Positions 1 to 5,917 of a stretch of DNA of 64,000 bases are shown one piece after another. Source of the DNA: a virus; the IMG/VR virus record IMGVR_UViG_3300009136_000002, positions 11,156 through 75,155 of that record. One strand, given 5' to 3'. The notes under the pieces are model-generated. The model was not told where the DNA came from. It was given only the letters and a program-made list of their open reading frames with translations, and ran no database searches. Both the position numbers and the translations under genes were made by a program. Position 1 is the first letter of the stretch; each line of letters starts with the position of its first letter.

Positions 1-1
1 G

Positions 2-172
2 ATTACTATTGCCGCTGGTACAGGGCTCGGCATCCTTGCCATGTTTTATGCGGGTAAAGAGCCGACCTTTGTTAATTATGTGGACTATGCACTCTTTGGA
101 TTTATGTCGGGCGCTGGTGCGGTGGGTCTGTATGAGGGTGTTTACAGAGTCGCAACTAACCCCAGGGTATGA
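2..172 (+). CDS. Holin-like membrane protein, 3' part only
   Basis: Frame 2 is open from the window edge: ITIAAGTGLGILAMFYAGK...ALFGFMSGAGAVGLYEGVYRVATNPRV*. It has two hydrophobic segments and a holin-like G..A.GLYE ending, followed by a terminator. Not in the ORF track. Confidence 0.6.
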   Translation: MTIAAGTGLGILAMFYAGKEPTFVNYVDYALFGFMSGAGAVGLYEGVYRVATNPRV

Positions 173-209
173 AAAGAGGGGCTGGCGATCCGGCCAGCCC
201 CTTTCCTTT
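172..209. terminator. Bidirectional intrinsic terminator between convergent operons
   Basis: 10-bp stem AGGGGCTGGC/GCCAGCCCCT (177-202) with A-rich and T-rich flanks. Confidence 0.75.
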
Positions 210-1086
210 AGAAGTTAGCGGCCTCTGGCAGATTCACAGGTCTTGGGATAGGACGACTTGCATTTGCTGTCTTGTTGAAATCTTTTTCATCGCTCTTGAT
301 GTGCAACGCTAGGCCAATGACATTATCTGTCTCAGGCATCGTGACTCTCTGCTGTGTGTAGACGCACAGATCAACCAGTTTGCCCTTCTCAACCCTCTGC
401 ACCTTACCTGTCTTGTAGATCAGGTAATCATTCTTGTTGCCCTTCACCAAGATCCTGCCTGTCTTAGCGTACATTTCAAGCTGTTCCCCACCGATCAATT
501 CACCCAACAATACCTGGGCGACCTCTTCGGCAGTTTCTTTGCGCTCTTTTTCTTCCGCCGCCTTCTTTAATCGTTCCTGTGCCACTCTTTCGCGTTCCGC
601 AACGGCCTCTGGAAGATCATACTGAGCCCGTTGCTGCTGGTACTGAGCTTCCCGCCGTGCATTCTCGCGCCGGACTTCCTCAAGCCCTGATTCATTGAGA
701 AGGTACGCGGCCTGTTGGTGTTGATCCCGCTCATGCTCCATCCATTGACCCCACACCATCTGTGGGAAATTGTAGGTTTCGGAATCAATCGTTGAAGTCG
801 TGTAGCTGGTGTCGTCGCTATTCATCCAACTTGACCATGTTTGTGGCATATAGATCCTTTGCTGAGGAATTGTCACCCTCAGTTGAGCCTGATACATCAT
901 GCTCTGCTGTTGGGCTTGCGTCCGTAAATCAAACTGCGCCCCCTGGACGTACTGGCCCAATCCTGAATTCGTCCAGCTTGCCGTACCTTGCATACCGTAG
1001 GCTCCACCACCAGCGTAAGAGTTTGCCGTAGTGCTGGTCTGCGTTAAGTAGGAGCCCATTGCTGACGCTGTAAGGGAAGTAGCCAT
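208..1086 (-). CDS. Hypothetical protein: Q/S/T/Y-rich N-terminus, coiled coil, small Cys-containing C-terminal domain; partner of the upstream Ubl-like gene
   Basis: Start moved to ATG 1086 (MATSLTAS) because the longer track ORF overlaps 1103-1330. C-terminus is VDLCVY...MPETDNVIGLALHIKSDEKDFNKTAN. Confidence 0.7.
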   Translation of the reverse strand: MATSLTASAMGSYLTQTSTTANSYAGGGAYGMQGTASWTNSGLGQYVQGAQFDLRTQAQQQSMMYQAQLRVTIPQQRIYMPQTWSSWMNSDDTSYTTSTIDSETYNFPQMVWGQWMEHERDQHQQAAYLLNESGLEEVRRENARREAQYQQQRAQYDLPEAVAERERVAQERLKKAAEEKERKETAEEVAQVLLGELIGGEQLEMYAKTGRILVKGNKNDYLIYKTGKVQRVEKGKLVDLCVYTQQRVTMPETDNVIGLALHIKSDEKDFNKTANASRPIPRPVNLPEAANF

Positions 1087-1102
1087 GCTTTTACCCGCCT
1101 GT

Positions 1103-1330
1103 CTAGCCCCCAGCGATAGCTGGGACGAGAATAACTTTTCCTGCTGACTTATCAAATGTTCCCATTGCCTCGGCTTTATCACCGTGTTTATCCACTCGAA
1201 ATGCCTTGTATCCTTTCTTCTTGAGCGTATTGAATTGATCTTTCGCCGCACTAACCTCCTCACTCTTGTCAGGGTTCCAGATAGTTTTGATGTCACCTTC
1301 TGGCCCAAGCACTCTAAGTTCACCCATCAC
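1103..1330 (-). CDS. Small beta-grasp/ubiquitin-like protein ending in di-glycine
   Basis: 75 aa, AGGAGG SD. Ends KVILVPAIAGG, like ThiS/MoaD/SAMP tails; the strand-helix order is compatible with a beta-grasp fold. Confidence 0.6.
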   Translation of the reverse strand: MMGELRVLGPEGDIKTIWNPDKSEEVSAAKDQFNTLKKKGYKAFRVDKHGDKAEAMGTFDKSAGKVILVPAIAGG

Positions 1331-1343
1331 TCCTCCTTTCTTA

Positions 1344-1532
1344 TTACCATCCTATTTTTTTGGAAAGCTGTGCGTCCCAGCCCCCCAGCCTCTTGAACCT
1401 AGCCTGGAAGTAGTCATACAATGGATCACGAAAACATTTACTACTGGTAGCAAATCTCCACAATCGAGCCATATCCTCGCGGCTCATTGCGTCGATCTCT
1501 GCCTTGCCTTTTGCTATCTCTTCATCCGTCAT
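1344..1532 (-). CDS. Hypothetical protein
   Basis: 62 aa; start overlaps the upstream stop (ATGA). Confidence 0.7.
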   Translation of the reverse strand: MTDEEIAKGKAEIDAMSREDMARLWRFATSSKCFRDPLYDYFQARFKRLGGWDAQLSKKIGW

Positions 1533-1810
1533 TGAAGAGTCTCCGCCTCTTTCTCTTCGTCGTTGACGAACCCTTCAACATTTTCCAAATGTTTGGACAT
1601 GGCCTTTTTAAGCATATCCAGCTTTTCCGATACTGCTCCCATGAAGAGTTTTTGTTCATACAGGTGTTCTATCATCGTATCAAGGTATTCTACTTCTCGC
1701 TCAATAAGGTCTGCTGTCATTTCAACGAGCAACTTCATACTTTCCGATGCTGCTCTCATTATCTCCATATAATCTTCGCTGTATTCATCCGTCATTCGTT
1801 TTTCTCCCAC
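1529..1810 (-). CDS. Hypothetical acidic helical protein
   Basis: 93 aa in the operon; an ATG near 1795 may be the true start. Confidence 0.65.
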   Translation of the reverse strand: MGEKRMTDEYSEDYMEIMRAASESMKLLVEMTADLIEREVEYLDTMIEHLYEQKLFMGAVSEKLDMLKKAMSKHLENVEGFVNDEEKEAETLQ

Positions 1811-1902
1811 ACAAATCTAGACGGTAAAAAAGTACCTGGAGCCGTGGTCTGCCACACCACCGCAGGGTTGCTCTTTGACAAGGAGAGGAGCCACGCAACT
1901 CC

Positions 1903-2295
1903 TCAACTCCGGCCTGATTCGGCCCCAGGCACATCGTCAATCCATTTGCCTTCTACTAGCTCTGTTCTTACTGAATCTCCGTCAAAATGCTGTGTGCTGG
2001 CCTCGATGAATCTGCACCGCCGACCATAGCTCCTGAACCTGTGCTTGCTCCCTGGCAAGATCCTGATCGAGTCACCTTCTCTTAACAGGCGATTCGTTAT
2101 GTTCCCTCTCTCGTCAACTGTGTCTAGCTCCAAGAGCCCTTCAATGACCAGGAAGGTTTCATCCTTGACCCGATGATAGTGAAACTTTCCCTTGCTCGAC
2201 CACAGACGAGCCTCACAGGTCAAGACCTTCATGCAGTACAGGTCATTGTTGGTCACGATGCGCTCGTGGCCCCAAGTTTTTGCCTCTACTCTCAT
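1903..2295 (-). CDS. Cupin-domain protein (sugar isomerase-like)
   Basis: K.WG.E start, cupin motif 1 FHYHRVKDETFLV and motif 2 GDSIRILPGSKHRF. Start placed at MRVEAK. Confidence 0.8.
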   Translation of the reverse strand: MRVEAKTWGHERIVTNNDLYCMKVLTCEARLWSSKGKFHYHRVKDETFLVIEGLLELDTVDERGNITNRLLREGDSIRILPGSKHRFRSYGRRCRFIEASTQHFDGDSVRTELVEGKWIDDVPGAESGRS

Positions 2296-2405
2296 GTGAA
2301 CACCAATTTCAGGACTCGTCCAGCTACGCAGTAGACATAGTAGAGCGCCAGGAAGTAGATAACGCCCTGGAGGAGCCAGATCCCAATGAAACCGCATTTA
2401 TCCAA
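2292..2405 (-). CDS. Small single-pass membrane protein (37 aa)
   Basis: TTG start after GGGAGA; MDKCGFIGIWLLQGVIYFLALYYVYCVAGRVLKLVFT*; stop overlaps the cupin ATG. Below the track size cutoff. Confidence 0.5.
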   Translation of the reverse strand: MDKCGFIGIWLLQGVIYFLALYYVYCVAGRVLKLVFT

Positions 2406-2471
2406 TGTGTTCTCCCGATGGTGAGGTGGGTATCAAGGTGGATTATTCCACAAGGGCAAAGCTAAGTCAAC

Positions 2472-2813
2472 TTAATAGCCAGATGATTCAATATCTGCAG
2501 CCGGATCAACTGCCTCAGATTGGTTGTCTGTCTCCGGTACGGGCTCGAATGCGTCCTGTTCCCTGGCGGAACCCAACCCCCCTCCAGCGACACTCGGCCT
2601 CTCAGGGGCGCATTGTTCATCATAGGCCTTGTGGTGCTTGTTGTATTCTTTCTCAACTGCCTGGGGATCTCGGATATACTCGGTAAGATCCTCGATCAGC
2701 TTATTTTTGGACGTATAGGCGAAGTTGGCACAGCCGACATTGACAATAAATCCCCCGCTCCCTGCGGGTCTGATCTCAATGGTTCTCATGGGTTCCATTT
2801 TGAATTCCATCAT
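2472..2813 (-). CDS. Hypothetical protein
   Basis: 113 aa, GGFIVNVGC motif, acidic tail, coupled to the upstream gene. Confidence 0.7.
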   Translation of the reverse strand: MMEFKMEPMRTIEIRPAGSGGFIVNVGCANFAYTSKNKLIEDLTEYIRDPQAVEKEYNKHHKAYDEQCAPERPSVAGGGLGSAREQDAFEPVPETDNQSEAVDPAADIESSGY

Positions 2814-3007
2814 TTCTCCTTTCTGAATTTGTCTACCTCTGGACAGGTCGCGTGATGCGGCATATAGGATCTTGCCATCACCGCCTGACCCTCGGCGTTC
2901 ATAATGATCCTGGTTTCACTCTTGGCATCGGCAGGAATGTTCTTGCCTCTGACCGTCTTGAACCAAAGGATACTGGCTCCACAACCTTTACAAGTTGACT
3001 CACGCAT
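2810..3007 (-). CDS. Small zinc-finger protein
   Basis: CKGC...PHHATCP ligand set. Confidence 0.75.
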   Translation of the reverse strand: MRESTCKGCGASILWFKTVRGKNIPADAKSETRIIMNAEGQAVMARSYMPHHATCPEVDKFRKEK

Positions 3008-3536
3008 AATACATATTCCTCAGTCTCGGTCTTGTTGGGCTCTCTTCTATATCAGCCAAAAATCTCTTTTCATCAAACTTCCTGAATCCTCGAAACGCTG
3101 GCATTCCCACGATCACAGGCCAGGGCTGTGGCAGCATCTTTAACCCTCCTCGAACCTGGGGCTCTGAGGAGTAGTCTGCCAAGTCCTCTACTTTGGCCGT
3201 AGTAGTTGCGTACAGGCCTCCAGGCTCCAGATTACCGCAACCGCGTTGTTCGGTCTGTATGTCCTGGGGATCGTCGATGTAGTAGATTTTTCCGCGTATC
3301 TCAGGCTTGAGATCCGTGGTGAGGAGTCCATAGATTTGCTCGACAAAAAAATAGGCGAACACAACTGGATCAGGTTCGCCTTTCTCTCTAGTAACGCAGT
3401 AAATCTTGTCTCCCCAATTCATCTTTTTTAGATCGCGCTTGGGAACGCGGCGGGAGACACCCATCTTCTCGGCCTCTTGCATAAAAGACCGTGGGGAATA
3501 GTACACAGCCCCTACCCAATGAAGCCAAACAATCAT
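3000..3536 (-). CDS. Hypothetical protein, possibly PUA/EVE-like N-terminus
   Basis: 178 aa; the LKKMNWGDKIYCV...VFAYFFV pattern resembles EVE/ASCH folds (weak). Confidence 0.65.
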   Translation of the reverse strand: MIVWLHWVGAVYYSPRSFMQEAEKMGVSRRVPKRDLKKMNWGDKIYCVTREKGEPDPVVFAYFFVEQIYGLLTTDLKPEIRGKIYYIDDPQDIQTEQRGCGNLEPGGLYATTTAKVEDLADYSSEPQVRGGLKMLPQPWPVIVGMPAFRGFRKFDEKRFLADIEESPTRPRLRNMYYA

Positions 3537-3537
3537 A

Positions 3538-3807
3538 TTAACCCTCCAAGATTGCTTTCAATTTTTTCTGATCGTGATCCTTCCTGCTCCAATGCTTGAC
3601 CTTTGCTTTTATCCTCAACTGTGCTGCATCCTGGTATTTATTCAAAAGGTCGATGAATTCAGTATAATCTCCCCACCCGCGCTCTTCACCTTGCGGGGGG
3701 TTACGATAGCATGGATCACAAAGAGCATATCGTGTAGTCTCGCGCTGGCAACGCCAACACGGATGGGGAGGATAGTGTGTACGTTTAACTCGCTTTCCAG
3801 CCCCCAT
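3538..3807 (-). CDS. Zinc-finger protein directly downstream of rsr
   Basis: CWRC...LCDPC, basic. Confidence 0.65.
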   Translation of the reverse strand: MGAGKRVKRTHYPPHPCWRCQRETTRYALCDPCYRNPPQGEERGWGDYTEFIDLLNKYQDAAQLRIKAKVKHWSRKDHDQKKLKAILEG

Positions 3808-3810
3808 AGC

Positions 3811-5421
3811 CTACCTGTTTGCTATGAAGTCTCCGATTATGGCTGGGGCGGCAGTATCAAAGCCAACTACGTCCATCATCCCACCATCGGTAGGATCTGC
3901 GATGGAAAACTCGTTGCTTGCCAGCCCAACGACGACTAGCTTGGCCGGAATATCCATCTTCCGGCGGTAGTCCTCAAGCGCCTGAACCGGATGAACCTTC
4001 CCAGCCCAGGTTTCATTATCGGTGTAGATCACGAAGGCATCGGCCTCGACCTTATTCTTCAAGGCCCAAAGCATAGGCAAGGCGCAATCAGTCCCGCCAA
4101 AGGGCATCCCCTGGCAATGCTTAATCACATCGTCAAGCCTCTGATGCCTGGACATATTGATCTTGCGAAGCTCATGGGAGAAAGCCATGACCGCGCATTT
4201 CTCCTCGGTCTTGAATGTGACCATAGCCATCGCGCAAGCTCCGTCACGAGGAGTAAGGTAGGGCATCCCATTGATCCCTTCCCAATCCATAGAGCTAGAA
4301 ACGTCCAGGCCGATCACAATCCGCTTACCTGTGGGCTCAACATTTTCAAATGTCTTGTAGAATCCTGCATCCAGGGCATCCACAATATCCGGCACGGCAT
4401 CCCAATCACCCTTTCCCAGGTAGCCGCGACCTTCGCCATAGATTTTAAGCGCAGCCAGGACGTTAATCGGATGAATGCGGGCCTCTCGCAACTGATTGGG
4501 ACTAACGAGCCTGTCCCGAACCCTCTCAATTACGTCCCAATTCCCTGGAATCAAGAGGCCGACCTTACCCATGTTCCCCAGGTTCCGGATCATGGCGGTC
4601 ATAGGCATCCTCTGGAGCAAGGCCTCCCATACGTCCTTCTCAGTAAGGAAGTCAGTAGGGATTGCCTCTCGCGGCAGATTGTAAAGCTGAATGAAGTTGA
4701 CGATCTCATTCTTGTGCTTTGCTTTCTTGGCGTACTCGAATCCAGCCACGACATTCAGGGGGTGAGCCCCTCTCCATTTATCAGAGTTGGGAAGCTCAAG
4801 CTCCCCGCTCACGATCCATTTATACAGCGCATTCCTGTTTGCATCGTCGGTCTTGGGGTGAGACAGTCGGAGGAGATCCCTGTGGCTCCAGCCATCACGC
4901 TGCTGGTATTTCACGGCCTGATAAGCCAACTTCTCCACATCTTTGTCCTGATACCAATGCTTGACAGCATTGCGGAGTCCTCGACCCCACCCGCGAAAGG
5001 CCTTAACGTACTTGGCGAAATGGAACAGGTGCGTCCCGATCCGCGCTACCTTTGGCAGAGCGGCCAGGGCCATCGCTCGTGTCTCTTCATCACCCAGGCC
5101 AGCGCACATTGCCAGGACGAATAGGGCCGGATCATTCTTAGGGGCTCGTCCCTTAGTAGAAACGTCCACAACAGCACCGACAACTTTAGGGCCAGCCTTC
5201 TCGATCAAACGAGCAACGGCCTTTGCGCTGTCGATGGTTAGCTTGCGCTCTTTGATGTAGTAGGTTCCGCCTTCCGTTCCCAGCATCAGAAAGCGCATAA
5301 GCCGCTCTCCATCACCTACTGGAAACACATACCCACCCGCGCTATCCCTTATCATCTGCTTGCCAGGAATCGGCTCGGTCTGTGGGGTTTCCTTTGTCTG
5401 AAAATGCTTGGTGTAGTCCAT
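3811..5421 (-). CDS. rsr: Ro60 orthologue (Rsr), TROVE plus vWA domains
   Basis: N-terminal DSAGGYVF, LMRFLMLGTEGGTYY, GWGRGLR, KYQQRDGWSHRDLLRLSHPK, MPMTAMIRNL; vWA MIDAS DVSSSM, GGTDC and YTDNETW. Confidence 0.97.
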   Translation of the reverse strand: MDYTKHFQTKETPQTEPIPGKQMIRDSAGGYVFPVGDGERLMRFLMLGTEGGTYYIKERKLTIDSAKAVARLIEKAGPKVVGAVVDVSTKGRAPKNDPALFVLAMCAGLGDEETRAMALAALPKVARIGTHLFHFAKYVKAFRGWGRGLRNAVKHWYQDKDVEKLAYQAVKYQQRDGWSHRDLLRLSHPKTDDANRNALYKWIVSGELELPNSDKWRGAHPLNVVAGFEYAKKAKHKNEIVNFIQLYNLPREAIPTDFLTEKDVWEALLQRMPMTAMIRNLGNMGKVGLLIPGNWDVIERVRDRLVSPNQLREARIHPINVLAALKIYGEGRGYLGKGDWDAVPDIVDALDAGFYKTFENVEPTGKRIVIGLDVSSSMDWEGINGMPYLTPRDGACAMAMVTFKTEEKCAVMAFSHELRKINMSRHQRLDDVIKHCQGMPFGGTDCALPMLWALKNKVEADAFVIYTDNETWAGKVHPVQALEDYRRKMDIPAKLVVVGLASNEFSIADPTDGGMMDVVGFDTAAPAIIGDFIANR

Positions 5422-5445
5422 TTCGACCCTCCTTTCAGGGTAAGC
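5419..5445 (-). promoter_or_regulatory. Ro-binding-site-like hairpin overlapping the rsr SD and start codon
   Basis: RNA GCUUACCCU-GAAAGG-AGGGUCGAA-AUG has the same CUUACCC/GGGUCGA bulged-C helix as the Y-RNA units, and contains the SD. Confidence 0.6.
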
Positions 5446-5513
5446 GGGGCAAGGAGTGAGTAAGGGATCGTTTTCAATTAGCAGTTGAATGATAACCCTA
5501 GCTCTTCGGCCCC
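5446..5513 (-). ncRNA. Mini Y-RNA-like unit E (68 nt) with Ser(GCU) anticodon stem-loop
   Basis: GGGGCCGAAGAGCUAGGGUUAUC-A-UUCAA-CUGCUAA-UUGAA-AACG-AUCCCUUACUCACUCCUUGCCCC; the ends pair into a Ro stem. Confidence 0.8.
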
Positions 5514-5524
5514 TGGTTAAAAGT

Positions 5525-5583
5525 CGGGCAAGTAGCGAACCAGCAGCTTTTCCTGATTAGGGTAACGCTGGCTCTTCGGCCCG
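5525..5583 (-). ncRNA. Mini Y-RNA-like unit D (59 nt)
   Basis: CGGGCCGAAGAGCCAGCGUUACC...UGCUGGUUCGCUACUUGCCCG; the upper stem differs from other units but keeps pairing. Confidence 0.8.
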
Positions 5584-5594
5584 TATAAAACTGA

Positions 5595-5703
5595 GTGGGC
5601 GAGTAGCGTCAAGGGATTGACCCCACCCTCGCGGGTGGCAGACCCTTTGTTGCTTAGGGGGTCTGTTAGGACTCGAACCTGATAACCCTTAACTTCGGCC
5701 CAC
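5595..5703 (-). ncRNA. YrlA-like Y RNA, unit C (109 nt)
   Basis: Ro stem GUGGGCCGAAGUUAAGGGUUAUC / AUCCCUUGACGCUACUCGCCCAC encloses a T-loop hairpin AGG-UUCGAGU-CCU, a closed stem CAGACCC/GGGUCUG and a hairpin CCACCC-GCGA-GGGUGG. Confidence 0.8.
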
Positions 5704-5715
5704 GCATTTTCGAGT

Positions 5716-5845
5716 TGGGGAGAGTGGTGGGACTCGAACCCACGGCCTCGCCATTTGCATTGGATAACCCTTAGCCATCGACCCGCAAGCGGGTAAGGAG
5801 CGGAAAGGGAATTTTCGCGCTCTAACCGACTGAGCTACACTCTCC
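5716..5845 (-). ncRNA. tRNA/Y-RNA chimera, unit B (130 nt): full cloverleaf, GCA anticodon, G-1:C73, encoded CCA, 52-nt Ro hairpin inserted between nt 28 and 29
   Basis: Acceptor GAGAGUG/CACUCUC, D arm GCUC-AGUCGGUUA-GAGC, anticodon arm CG[insert]CCA-AUGCAAA-UGGCG, variable loop AGGCC, T arm GUGGG-UUCGAGU-CCCAC. The insert (5764-5815) contains CCUUACCCGC-UU-GCGGGUCGAUGGCUAAGGGUUAU. Confidence 0.85.
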
Positions 5846-5850
5846 ATAGT

Positions 5851-5917
5851 TGGGCTAGGAATCATAGGACGGATTGGGGCAGGCGCGGCCTGCAGATAAC
5901 CATCCTACTTCGGCCCA
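5851..5917 (-). ncRNA. Mini Y-RNA-like unit A (67 nt)
   Basis: Begins immediately after the recT stop: UGGGCCGAAGUAGGAUGGUUAUC-U-GCAGGC-CGC-GCCUGC...CCGUCCUAUGAUUCCUAGCCCA. Confidence 0.8.

Noticed and set aside
1087-1323. N-terminal 79 codons of the 371-aa track ORF
   Set aside because: They overlap the better supported 1103-1330 gene, which has its own SD; start reassigned to 1086.
3991-5124. 377-aa + strand ORF
   Set aside because: Antisense to the conserved rsr gene; no recognisable motifs.
5716-5845. Ordinary tRNA-Cys, or tRNA with a conventional intron
   Set aside because: The discriminator is C rather than U, the insert is too short for a group I intron, it has no clear bulge-helix-bulge and it matches the Ro stem.
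5446-5917. Possible CRISPR array
   Set aside because: The conserved parts are two halves of a paired stem, units vary from 59 to 130 nt and there are no cas genes; a Y-RNA reading fits better.
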